Part shown: positions 1-12,058 of the stretch, in pieces | How the letters are laid out: each line of letters opens with the position of its first letter | Position numbering within the stretch: the stretch's first letter is position 1 | Sequence record: SRR31156797_212 | Direction: 5' to 3' (one strand) | DNA length: 64,000 nucleotides | Notes under the pieces: model-generated | What the model was told of the DNA's origin: nothing | The model's database searches: none | What the model saw: the letters and a program-made list of their open reading frames with translations, nothing else | Program-made: the position numbers and the translations under genes

Positions 1-52
1 ATATATATGTTTCATCTGTTTATAATTTATTTGTATTTGTCAGATGGAAGTC

Positions 53-104
53 GCAAGATCAAAATAATTATTATCGTGTTTGTTAATAATTATTTTAATC
101 ATGC
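53..104 (-). other. Long stem-loop downstream of susD (mRNA stabiliser/processing site or weak terminator)
   Basis: Perfect 13-bp inverted repeat aaaataattatta (61-73) / taataattatttt (84-96), extending imperfectly to 53-104; AT-rich, so function uncertain. Confidence 0.4.
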
Positions 105-168
105 TCGTTTCATAATTATTGATATTATTTATAAAATCATGTAAAAGTCAATCTCCTACACCAGATTT

Positions 169-1716
169 TTATTCTTGAATAGCATCCTTAAGAATTGGTA
201 AGGCATCCGACTGTTCCAATGGATATGGCATAAATGCCTTATCAGCGGTAAAGGTTCTACCTTCATAACTTAACTCCTCATATTTGCCCAAACGTACCAT
301 ATCATAAAAACGAATTCCCCACTCCATAGCCAACTCAGCAAATTTTTCATCCATTACCTGATCAAGTGTAACGCCAGATAAATTTCCTAATCCTGCTCTT
401 GTTCTCAAAGCATTAACAGCCTGATCTGCTGTCAAAGCTGTGCCAGTTGCACCTCCTGCAATTGCTTCAGCGTGCATCAGCAATATTTCGGCGTAACGAA
501 TTACTGTATAGTTTTTATTTGAACCGTATGAGGTTCTTCCAGAAATCAATTGATCGGAAGGTAAATAATGCTTACCACTTGCGAAAAATGCACGTGCATA
601 ATCATTAATTACATCTCCATCTCTAGTGGTATTTGATACAAATGATGGCAAATTAGGGTATTCTCCATCTTTTTGAATTTCAGCAATTCCTCTGTCCGTA
701 AATAAAACGCTAGTTTCTAAACGAACAGTTTCACCTCTGTCAAGCATAAACTTGACAAATTTTAAACTTGGCTCATAAAATCCCCAACCAGATTCAGCTC
801 CATCAACCGCAGGAGTCCAGTTTTGTGGTCCGTAAAACGCAAATAAGTGACTAATCTGATCACCAGTACCTTCGCCAAAATCAGAATATTGCAATTCTAA
901 TATATTCTCAGAGCTTAGTTTCCCTGGAATTTTGAATAACTCGTAATAATCATCTTCCAATTGATAAGCACCACTTGAAATAATTTCAGATGTTGCATCT
1001 GCTACACCTTGATAATTCTTCAACTCTAACTGAGCAATTGCTTCAATAGAAAGAGCTGTATATAGATTTACACCTCCAGGGATATCTGTACGATCCGCAG
1101 GATGAGTTTTTACCAAACTGCTTTTTACTTCAGCAATTTGATCAACAATATACTGCATTACTTCCGCCTTTGGTTTTAATCCCAGACTATACAACTCACT
1201 AGGTTGAGATGTCTCAGGTGTCATTATTGTACCAAAAGAACGCGAGATCTGCAACAAACAAAAAGAACGCAAAACTTTTGCTTCAGCAATATATTGATCA
1301 ACTAAACTTGAACTAATACCAGCTTCTCTATATTTCTCAAACTCTTCGATAGCAGCATTGAATTTAAAAATATCACCATAGAAATTCTTCCAAACTGAAT
1401 TAATCATCCAATATCCATTATCATACTTAAAGTCATCAATATCAGCAAATCCCTGCTGGTCGCCTTCTCCACCATGATTTACATCGTCACCACGAACGGC
1501 AATTGTTGGGATATCTTCCCAACCTCTCGAAGAGAACTCGGCATAAACACCAACAAGAGCACCATACATATTCGCTTCTTTTGTATAATCAATGTCCTCA
1601 ACAAAAGTTCTGTTTTCAGGCAACTCATCAAGATCGTCGTGACACGATGTAAAGGCTATACTCATAGCAAATAATAGTGTCACTATCATTGTTTTATATG
1701 TTGTTTTCATTATCAT
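169..1716 (-). CDS. susD: RagB/SusD family glycan-binding lipoprotein (PUL-1)
   Basis: Lipobox FTSC followed by acidic HDDLDE; SusD motifs IRYAEILLMHAEA, VNALRTRAG, ELAMEWGIRFYDMVR; directly downstream of susC; start could be 1710. Confidence 0.95.
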   Translation of the reverse strand: MIMKTTYKTMIVTLLFAMSIAFTSCHDDLDELPENRTFVEDIDYTKEANMYGALVGVYAEFSSRGWEDIPTIAVRGDDVNHGGEGDQQGFADIDDFKYDNGYWMINSVWKNFYGDIFKFNAAIEEFEKYREAGISSSLVDQYIAEAKVLRSFCLLQISRSFGTIMTPETSQPSELYSLGLKPKAEVMQYIVDQIAEVKSSLVKTHPADRTDIPGGVNLYTALSIEAIAQLELKNYQGVADATSEIISSGAYQLEDDYYELFKIPGKLSSENILELQYSDFGEGTGDQISHLFAFYGPQNWTPAVDGAESGWGFYEPSLKFVKFMLDRGETVRLETSVLFTDRGIAEIQKDGEYPNLPSFVSNTTRDGDVINDYARAFFASGKHYLPSDQLISGRTSYGSNKNYTVIRYAEILLMHAEAIAGGATGTALTADQAVNALRTRAGLGNLSGVTLDQVMDEKFAELAMEWGIRFYDMVRLGKYEELSYEGRTFTADKAFMPYPLEQSDALPILKDAIQE

Positions 1717-1757
1717 ATTTTTATATGTTATCCTTTTGAATAATACAATCTGATTAC

Positions 1758-4700
1758 TTAAAAATTAATATTTAGCCCTAAAGTATAAGAAGCAGGAATT
1801 GGATACGTTTGTGTATCAATACCATTCGCTATCTCAGGATTGAATCCATTGTAATCAGTAAATGTTACAGGGCGATCGGCTGTCAATATTATTTTAGTAT
1901 CAGGCATGTTTACACCCCATAAAGATTTTTTAGAGAATAAATAGGATAGCTGAACATTTTGGATTCTAAAGAATGAACCATCTTCAACAAAATAATTACT
2001 CATTTTTTGATTCCATCCTTTACGCAATCCTGCAGAAGAAACATATTTATTAGAAGTACCTTCTCCTCTCCAAAGATTCGAAGCTAAATCAGCATCCATA
2101 TTACCATCTGCAGTCCAAAGAATTTCACCACGCTTACGGTTTAAGATTTTATTCCCTTTTTGTCCGTAGAAACTAGCCGATAGATTCCAATTCTTATAAT
2201 TCACTGAAAAATCAAATCCATAAGTTAAATCAGGGAAATATGATCCAAGAAATACTCGGTCATTATCATCAATAACATCATCGCCATTTTGATTTACATA
2301 GCGGTAATCTCCTGGTTCCAAACCATTGGCAACAGCAATAGGATCAGCATCAATTTCCGCTTGATTTTGGTAAATTCCATCGGTTTTCCAACCATAAAAA
2401 GACATCAAAGGCTCACCTACTGCACTTCGCTGACGAAATTCAGCCTGTCCTGCATCAATATATGGTTGACCATTCAAATCTCTTACTTCATTTTTCAATG
2501 TTGACACATTAAATCCAACACTATAACTCCAATCGTTGGCAAAGCTATCATTCCAATTTACTGCCAATTCGAAACCTGAATTGCGAATAACACCAACATT
2601 TCTTAAAGTAGAAAAGCTTGTGAAAGGTTCTTTTACACTAATGGCTGCATTATCTGTATCACGAACGTAGTAATCTGCATCCAATGAAAGTCTTGAATTT
2701 AGAAGTGTAGAAGTGATTCCAAAGTTAGTCTCTGTACTCACTTCCCATTTTAGGAAAGAGTATATATTCTGAGTTACCGTACCTGGGATCTTGTTATCTC
2801 CAAGAGCGGCATCTACAACATTAGCAGTAGAAGTACCATCATTTGCCTGAACATTGTTATTTCCAAGTTCACCCCAACTAGCTCTTACTTTTAAGAAATC
2901 TACAAATAAAACATCTTTCATGAAATCTTCTTCGGAAAGAACCCAACCTGCACCAATTGTAGGGAAATAACCCCATTTTTCCTGGTATTTAGAACTACCA
3001 TCAGCTCTAAATGTACCATAAATTAAATACTTACTATCGTAATTGTATGAAACACGACCAAAATATGAGATCCCATAATATCTCGACCCATAATCATTAA
3101 CAGATCCTTCTTCAATTGTTTTAGCTTGACTTAAGTACCATGATTTTTCATCCTGATAAGGAAAATCAAGTCCTTTTGCTTCAAACCCAACAAAACTATC
3201 ATCGCGGTAAGAATGACCTGCCATAACCGTTAAGTTATGCTTGTCGAAAGAATCTGTGTAAGTTAAAACATTATCAATTGTTTCATTCTTATAGTTCTTG
3301 TCAACACGTTTAATAGAAGCTTCCTCAGGCAGACGTTGTGTCTGATAACCAATATCATAAGGAAGACGCACGTAACGCTCTGTAAGATTTGAAACGTTCT
3401 TGCTATAAGATGTCTTGAAGTTAAGCTTATTAGGTATAATATTGATTTGAGCATAAAAGCTTGCCAATGTTTTTTGAATATTTAATTCATTGCGACTATA
3501 ATTCATAGCAACAAAAGGATTTTGAGACCCTCTGTAACCCATCGATTTAGCGTTCGCCAAATTATCACCATCGTAAACTGGCATAATTGGGACTGCAAAA
3601 TATGCTTCTCTCCAAGCTCCTGATTCAGGTGCATTTTTATCTGCATCACTAAAAATCACATTACCACCAACTTTTAGCACCTTATTTACATCGTAATCAA
3701 TCTTTGCTCTAAGGTTAAGACGGTTGTAATCATTCTTCATATCTAAAATACCTTCCTGATCAAAATAACTAAAACCTAAAGCATAAATAGCTTTGTCTGA
3801 TCCACCAGCAACATTCAAACTGTGGTTTTGAATTGAAGCTGTTCGCATCACTTCGTCATACCAGTTTGTATTTGTTGCAGGAATGTTTGGGTTATCATGG
3901 CTTCTACCAAATTGTTGCATCGATTCGTAAACCTTTGCGATATCGGCACTGGATCCCGATTCCATGATCATTTGTGTATACTGTTCTGCATTTGCCATTT
4001 TTAAAACATCAGCCGCAACCTGAACACCATAGTATCCATTATATGTAATTGTGGCTTTTTGATTTTTTCTACCACTCTTGGTCTCGATCAAAACAACACC
4101 ATTAGCAGCTCGAACACCATAAATTGCAGAAGCAGAAGCATCTTTTAATACTGACATTGTCTCGATATCCGAAGAATTCAGAAAGTCTATATTGTCATAT
4201 AATACACCATCCACTACAAATAATGGATTCTCGCTATTGTTTCCTGGGTAAGAACCAATACCTCTAACACGCATGGTTGGGGAATCACCAGGAGAACCAG
4301 CGCTAACAATTTGCACACCGGCTACTTTTCCCTGCAAAGCTTGAATCGCTTGTCCAGAAGGAGTTTTCATTAAGTCTTCAGATTTAACTGTTGTGATTGA
4401 TGAAGTCAAATCTTTTACATTCATTTTTCCATAACCAACAACAATAACTTCTCCCACAAGCTCACTATCTTGTTGCAAGACTACATTAATAGTAGCTTGT
4501 CCATTAACAGGATGTGTTTGTGATAACATCCCGATAAATGAATAAACCAAAGTTCCATCAACAGGCACATCAGATAAGGTATATGAACCATCAATTGCTG
4601 TCGAAGTTCCATTGGTTGTGCCTTCAACAATAACAGTTACACCAATTAGTGGTTCACCATTAGCATCAGTAACAACGCCATTCACAGCATGATTCTGAGC

Positions 4701-4835
4701 TATTAGAACGTTGAAAGGAACTAACAGCATTAAAATCACAACCAACATCCTGGCATAATTTTTCTTGATTGCACCTATTGTTCCAATTGATTTGAACAAT
4801 TGTGCAAAAACGCTCTTTAGAATTTCTCTTAACAT
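1758..4835 (-). CDS. susC: SusC/RagA TonB-dependent outer-membrane transporter (PUL-1)
   Basis: N-terminal GVVTDANGEPLIGVTV domain; plug motifs NPLFVVDG and VLKDASASAIYGVRAANGVVLIETK; C-terminal GSFFRIQNVQLSY...GLNINF. Confidence 0.97.
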   Translation of the reverse strand: MLREILKSVFAQLFKSIGTIGAIKKNYARMLVVILMLLVPFNVLIAQNHAVNGVVTDANGEPLIGVTVIVEGTTNGTSTAIDGSYTLSDVPVDGTLVYSFIGMLSQTHPVNGQATINVVLQQDSELVGEVIVVGYGKMNVKDLTSSITTVKSEDLMKTPSGQAIQALQGKVAGVQIVSAGSPGDSPTMRVRGIGSYPGNNSENPLFVVDGVLYDNIDFLNSSDIETMSVLKDASASAIYGVRAANGVVLIETKSGRKNQKATITYNGYYGVQVAADVLKMANAEQYTQMIMESGSSADIAKVYESMQQFGRSHDNPNIPATNTNWYDEVMRTASIQNHSLNVAGGSDKAIYALGFSYFDQEGILDMKNDYNRLNLRAKIDYDVNKVLKVGGNVIFSDADKNAPESGAWREAYFAVPIMPVYDGDNLANAKSMGYRGSQNPFVAMNYSRNELNIQKTLASFYAQINIIPNKLNFKTSYSKNVSNLTERYVRLPYDIGYQTQRLPEEASIKRVDKNYKNETIDNVLTYTDSFDKHNLTVMAGHSYRDDSFVGFEAKGLDFPYQDEKSWYLSQAKTIEEGSVNDYGSRYYGISYFGRVSYNYDSKYLIYGTFRADGSSKYQEKWGYFPTIGAGWVLSEEDFMKDVLFVDFLKVRASWGELGNNNVQANDGTSTANVVDAALGDNKIPGTVTQNIYSFLKWEVSTETNFGITSTLLNSRLSLDADYYVRDTDNAAISVKEPFTSFSTLRNVGVIRNSGFELAVNWNDSFANDWSYSVGFNVSTLKNEVRDLNGQPYIDAGQAEFRQRSAVGEPLMSFYGWKTDGIYQNQAEIDADPIAVANGLEPGDYRYVNQNGDDVIDDNDRVFLGSYFPDLTYGFDFSVNYKNWNLSASFYGQKGNKILNRKRGEILWTADGNMDADLASNLWRGEGTSNKYVSSAGLRKGWNQKMSNYFVEDGSFFRIQNVQLSYLFSKKSLWGVNMPDTKIILTADRPVTFTDYNGFNPEIANGIDTQTYPIPASYTLGLNINF

Positions 4836-4878
4836 AGAATTACTTTTTATGATTAGAATTTAGGTAATTTCAATCTAT

Positions 4879-4922
4879 TATAACATACTACAGACTATTT
4901 ATTTTATCTGTAGCATGCTATA
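4879..4922 (-). other. 16-bp RNA hairpin in the GH3-susC intergenic region (susC 5' leader)
   Basis: Minus-strand tatagcatgctacaga / tctgtagtatgttata pairs fully with two G-U pairs that work only on the coding strand. Confidence 0.6.
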
Positions 4923-4935
4923 CTTTACACTTTTA

Positions 4936-7224
4936 TCACTCCATTACTAGTTCAAATTCAGCACTTAAAACTTCATCGGCTGAATGTGATCCAATCCAAA
5001 GTCGAAACTTACCAGGTTCAACTATTGACTGTTTATTCAAGCCCAAAAATTCAATTGTGCTTCGATCAATTGTGAAATTCACAATTTGTGACTCTCCCAT
5101 TTCAAGATTTATTTTCTCAAATCCTTTTAGTTCTTTAACCGGTCTGGTAACCGATGCTGAAACGTCCTGAATGTATAATTGTACAATTTCCTCTCCAGCA
5201 TAATGACCTGTATTCTCCACCTCAGCAGTAACCTCTATCTTACCATCTTCATTCAATGATGTAGCACTCAACTTTAAGGACTTATACTCGAAATTGGTAT
5301 AACTTAGTCCATACCCAAAAGGATACAAAGGAGAATTAGGTACATCTCTGTACGATGAAAGATAGTCAGCTCCGCTACCATCAATATATGGTCTACCGGT
5401 ATTCTTATGATTGTAATAAATTGGTATTTGTCCGATATTACGAGGAAATGTTAGCGTTAGCTTTGCAGAAGGATTATATGTTCCTGAAAGAACATCAGCA
5501 ACAGCCATCCCAGCCATAGTTCCCGGGTACCATGCCTCAACAATTGCATCTACATTTTCATCTTCCCAGGAAAGATCTAAAGGACGTCCGTTAAAAAGAA
5601 CAAGTACAATTGGTTTATTGGTCTTCTTTAATGCCTTCATTAATTTTAACTGAGGCATCGGAAGCTTCAAATTGGTTCGACAAGCAGCTTCACCAGACCA
5701 GTTGTAGTCTTCTCCTAGCGCTAAAACTATAATGTCACTGCTAGCAGCTACACGCATTGCCTCATTGAATCCTTTCATGTCATCCTCTTCATCAAGACCA
5801 CACCCTTTGGCATAGGAAAAGGAAACACTACTTTTTGCATAACGATCCATAAGCCCTTCATAAAGAGTGATACTTTCATTACGATCACCTCTAATGGCCC
5901 ATTCTCCGTTTAAGCTATTTCGTTCTTTAACCATTGGTCCGATTAAAGCCACACGTTTTTTATTTTGTGGATTTACAGGTAACACCTGATCCTTATTTTT
6001 CAATAATACAATAGAACGTTGAGCCACTTCCAAAGCCTGATCAAGGTGTGCAGAATTACCCACCATTTCTTTTGCTCTTTCTTCATTAAAGTACTTGAAT
6101 GGATCTTCAAAAAGTCCAAGCATGAACTTCATTTCCAGAATTCTTGCAGCTGCTCTGTCAATTGTTGATTCAGCTACTTTTCCTTCCTTTACCAATTCTT
6201 CCAGATGTTTAGTAAAAGCCATACTCTTCATATCCATATCGATACCAGCATTCACCGATTGCATACCAGCTTCTTTCAAGTCTTTGGCATAACCGTGATC
6301 TATCATTTCCTCAATAGCTGTATAATCGGTTACAACCATACCTTTAAAATCCCATTCATCCCGAAGAACATCAGTATATAAATACTTACTTCCTGTACAT
6401 GGAACTCCCGCAATTTCATTGAAAGCAGTCATAAAAGAAGCTACACCTGCATCAACAGCTGCTTCAAAAGGAGGGAAATATGTTTCACGCAAACGATGAT
6501 CCGAAATATCCACAGTATTGTAATCGCGTCCTGCCTCTGCGGCACCATAGGCTGCAAAATGTTTGGCACATGCAATCAATGTATTGGTTTTTTCCAAATC
6601 CTTGTAACTACTAATTCCCTGAAACCCTTTAACACGAGCACTTGCCACCAGACTTCCTAAATATGGATCTTCTCCTGCTCCTTCCATAACTCGTCCCCAT
6701 CGCGGATCACGAGCAATATCAACCATTGGTGCAAAATTCCAGTTAATCCCATCAGCTGTAGCTTCTATTGCCGCAGTTCTGGCACTTTGTTCCATCAATT
6801 CCAGATCCCAGGAACAAGACTCCGCCAAAGGAATAGGAAAGGTTGTTTTATATCCATGAATTACATCAGCTGCAAAAAGCACAGGAATATTCAAACGTGA
6901 CTTTTCAACAGCATATTCTTGAATTTTTCTTAAAGCATCTACCGAAAACACATTGAATATACTACCAACCAAACCCTTGTCAACATACTCGCGAAAGTCA
7001 TCACCTGTTGCAGGTCCTGTTAGGTTAGTGTGCCCCGAAAATTGAGCCATTTGCCCAATCTTCTCCTCAAGGGTCATCAGTGATAATAAAGAATCCACTT
7101 TGTGTTCAATCACAGGATCCTGACTATAACTTTTCCATCCATGGTTCACCGTACCATTATTGGATTGGCATCCAAACAATGACATTCCGGCAATTATTGC
7201 ACTATAAATAAACTTGTTCTTCAT
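4936..7224 (-). CDS. bglX: GH3 beta-glucosidase (BglX-like), lipoprotein
   Basis: Lipobox LFGC; DVIHG, RDPRWGR, KHFAAYG, nucleophile motif VVTDY, SGEA, PLYPFGYGLSY; C-terminal Fn3-like RPVKELKGF. Confidence 0.93.
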   Translation of the reverse strand: MKNKFIYSAIIAGMSLFGCQSNNGTVNHGWKSYSQDPVIEHKVDSLLSLMTLEEKIGQMAQFSGHTNLTGPATGDDFREYVDKGLVGSIFNVFSVDALRKIQEYAVEKSRLNIPVLFAADVIHGYKTTFPIPLAESCSWDLELMEQSARTAAIEATADGINWNFAPMVDIARDPRWGRVMEGAGEDPYLGSLVASARVKGFQGISSYKDLEKTNTLIACAKHFAAYGAAEAGRDYNTVDISDHRLRETYFPPFEAAVDAGVASFMTAFNEIAGVPCTGSKYLYTDVLRDEWDFKGMVVTDYTAIEEMIDHGYAKDLKEAGMQSVNAGIDMDMKSMAFTKHLEELVKEGKVAESTIDRAAARILEMKFMLGLFEDPFKYFNEERAKEMVGNSAHLDQALEVAQRSIVLLKNKDQVLPVNPQNKKRVALIGPMVKERNSLNGEWAIRGDRNESITLYEGLMDRYAKSSVSFSYAKGCGLDEEDDMKGFNEAMRVAASSDIIVLALGEDYNWSGEAACRTNLKLPMPQLKLMKALKKTNKPIVLVLFNGRPLDLSWEDENVDAIVEAWYPGTMAGMAVADVLSGTYNPSAKLTLTFPRNIGQIPIYYNHKNTGRPYIDGSGADYLSSYRDVPNSPLYPFGYGLSYTNFEYKSLKLSATSLNEDGKIEVTAEVENTGHYAGEEIVQLYIQDVSASVTRPVKELKGFEKINLEMGESQIVNFTIDRSTIEFLGLNKQSIVEPGKFRLWIGSHSADEVLSAEFELVME

Positions 7225-7247
7225 TATTCCTTTTTACTAAATCTGTA

Positions 7248-9482
<2,235 letters not shown>

Positions 9483-9490
9483 CTATACAA

Positions 9491-11740
9491 TTATCTACCT
9501 CTCAATTCAAAGCTTATTTCTTGTACATCCCTTGAATTGCCACCTACATATATATTGAACTTTCCAAAATCATAATCGTAACTTAAATCAGAGTGATAAT
9601 ACTTCAGATCATCTGTTGTAATTACAAAATGCAACACTTTTGACTCTCCAGCCTTTAGATTGACTTTTTGGAAGTTTTTTAATTCTTTAACTGGTCTGGA
9701 TATCTCCGCTACCGGATCATTGATATAAAGTTGTACTATCTCGGCTCCATCAACATCTCCTGTATTTTTTAACTCTACAGAAACTGTGAGAGAATCACCT
9801 GGAAACACATTCTTCCTATCAATTTGTATAGTTCCATACTCAAACTGTGTATAGCTTAAACCATATCCGAAAGGAAATAAAGGTTCGTTGGGAATATCCA
9901 GATATTTGGAAGTAAATTTGTAAGTCTCATCGTAAGGTCTACCCGTTCTCTTCTGATTGTAATAGACCGGAATTTGTCCTACCGAAACAGGAAATGAAAC
10001 AGTAAGTTTAGCAGAAGGATTCACCTCTCCAAACAATACATTGGCTAATGCTTCTGCTGCTCTTGTTCCTCCGTGCCAAGCCTCTACAATAGCATCCACA
10101 TTATCATTTTCCCATTTCAATGCCAAAGGACGTCCGTTTGCCAGCACCAATATCACCGGCTTATTTAAAGCCAATAAGTCTTTTAGTAAGTCTTGTTGAC
10201 ATTTGGGAAGAGAAATATCAGCGCGACTGGCAGCTTCACCACTCCAATCACGAGATTCACCCATAACAGCAAGGATAACATCGGATTTATCGGCAACCTG
10301 CAAAGCTTCCTTTTTCATCTTTTCAAGCTGCTGAGTATCTATTTTAATGTGATCCTTTTCTTCCTTATTTCGATTGAGCAAATATTCATCGGTGGTAAAT
10401 AAAGTTCCTTCAGCACCTAATATCTTTGCTTTGCCTGCAGCTGCTTCCTTTATTGCAGTATAAATTGTTTTCAGGTGATCGGTTTCATTGTGGGCACACC
10501 ACATGCCAAGTAAATCACTTTTGGTAAAAGCAAGAGGACCAATCACCCCTATGGTTCCACGTTTCTTTAATGGAAGTATTTCATTCTGATTTTTTAACAA
10601 CACAATCGATTGTTGCGCGAGTTCCAAAGAAGCATCCAAATGTGCCTGGCAGAGTACAATTTTTTTTGCCAATTCCGGCTGGAAATACTTAAAAGGATCA
10701 TCGAACAAGCCTAATTTTTGTTTGGCTTCCAATATTCTTCTACAAGCTATATTTACCTGGTCGATTGTAACCTGATTCTTTTCCAAAAGCTTTGGAATTT
10801 CTTTCATGTAACCCTCTCCAACCATGTCCATATCTACACCGGCTTTTAATGCCTTTTTTACTACCATAGTCAAATCGCCAATACCATGGTGTATCATTTC
10901 ATTAATTGCAGTATAATCAGTAACAACAAACCCATCAAAGTTCCACGTATCTCTCAATAGGTCGTTCATTAACCATGAATTTCCCGTTGCTGGAATTCCC
11001 TCCACCAAATTGAATGATGTCATCACCGAACCAACTCCTGCGTCAACAGCTGCCTTATAGGGTAACATATATTCATTAAACATACTCACACGGCTCATGT
11101 CAACAGTGTTGTAATCGCGACCTGCTTCCGAAGCACCATACAAAGCAAAATGCTTCATACATGCCATCATTGTATTTGATGCAGAAAGATCATCACCCTG
11201 ATAACCTCTTACCATAGCCTTTGCAATTTGTGCTCCATACCATGGATCTTCACCAGCACATTCAGCAATACGTCCCCATCGTGGATCTCTGCTTATATCT
11301 ACCATAGGTGAATAATTCCAGCAGGTTCCGCTTACTGTTGATTCAATTGCTGCAATTCTGGCACTTTTTTCAATTAATGGTAAGTTCCAGGAACATGCAC
11401 TTGCTAATGGAATAGGGAAAATTGTGGTATGTCCGTGTATGATATCTCGTCCTGCAATAAGCGGAATTCCCAAACGTGATTCATTAACTGCAATGCGCTG
11501 ACTTTTAATTCCACCTGAGCAACCTATTAAGCCTTGTCTGATGTAATCTTCACGAGCGTCACCTTTTCCTATCACTGGTATTCCTGCTGCTCCACCTGAT
11601 AAGTTCAATTGACCAATCTTTTCAAGCAGTGTCATTTCTTGTAAAAGAGAATCAAGAAAATCAGCATCCCCTTTAGAATTTTGAGAATAAGTACTAAAGC
11701 TTATTAGTAAAAGCAATATTATGCAGTAAGGTTTATTCAT
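9491..11740 (-). CDS. bglX: GH3 beta-glucosidase (BglX-like), SPI signal peptide
   Basis: DIIHG, RDPRWGR, KHFALYGASEAGRDYN, VVTDY, SGEA, PLFPFGYGLSY, RPVKELKNF; paralogous to 4936-7224. Confidence 0.92.
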   Translation of the reverse strand: MNKPYCIILLLLISFSTYSQNSKGDADFLDSLLQEMTLLEKIGQLNLSGGAAGIPVIGKGDAREDYIRQGLIGCSGGIKSQRIAVNESRLGIPLIAGRDIIHGHTTIFPIPLASACSWNLPLIEKSARIAAIESTVSGTCWNYSPMVDISRDPRWGRIAECAGEDPWYGAQIAKAMVRGYQGDDLSASNTMMACMKHFALYGASEAGRDYNTVDMSRVSMFNEYMLPYKAAVDAGVGSVMTSFNLVEGIPATGNSWLMNDLLRDTWNFDGFVVTDYTAINEMIHHGIGDLTMVVKKALKAGVDMDMVGEGYMKEIPKLLEKNQVTIDQVNIACRRILEAKQKLGLFDDPFKYFQPELAKKIVLCQAHLDASLELAQQSIVLLKNQNEILPLKKRGTIGVIGPLAFTKSDLLGMWCAHNETDHLKTIYTAIKEAAAGKAKILGAEGTLFTTDEYLLNRNKEEKDHIKIDTQQLEKMKKEALQVADKSDVILAVMGESRDWSGEAASRADISLPKCQQDLLKDLLALNKPVILVLANGRPLALKWENDNVDAIVEAWHGGTRAAEALANVLFGEVNPSAKLTVSFPVSVGQIPVYYNQKRTGRPYDETYKFTSKYLDIPNEPLFPFGYGLSYTQFEYGTIQIDRKNVFPGDSLTVSVELKNTGDVDGAEIVQLYINDPVAEISRPVKELKNFQKVNLKAGESKVLHFVITTDDLKYYHSDLSYDYDFGKFNIYVGGNSRDVQEISFELRGR

Positions 11741-11953
11741 AGTTGGTTTGGGTTAGTAAATTTCAGCTGCCTGAAATAATTTTTAGTAAAAATAAAGCCG
11801 ATGTCATTGGTAGCCAAAGAATCCCTGACACACGAACCATACACCTCCTACAAGCACCACTACAATACTACAACACACATCACATTATTATTTATTTTCA
11901 ATCACTTACAAAAATCATATTTGAGATATTTTCTAATTTAATATCAAGATTAC

Positions 11954-11984
11954 TTGTCGCTATTGGATGAATATTTTATATTTG
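11954..11984 (+). promoter_or_regulatory. Bacteroidota sigma-A promoter of the LuxR-type regulator
   Basis: TTG (11954-11956), 20-nt spacer, TATATTTG (11977-11984) matching the -33 TTTG / -7 TAnnTTTG consensus, about 75 nt upstream of the ORF. Confidence 0.6.
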
Positions 11985-12058
11985 ACTCGCTTGTAAAACT
12001 ATGGAATGCTAAAATTTTACGTCCAATTCCTTATTCATGAAATTCAATTTTCAATATT

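Noticed and set aside
1-15. Possible start of a further minus-strand PUL-1 gene (ATGAAACATATATAT, MKHIY)
   Set aside because: Only five codons are visible; plausible but not supportable
11743-11970. 75-aa + strand ORF in the divergent promoter region
   Set aside because: TTG start, no motif, and it spans the putative operator and promoter elements
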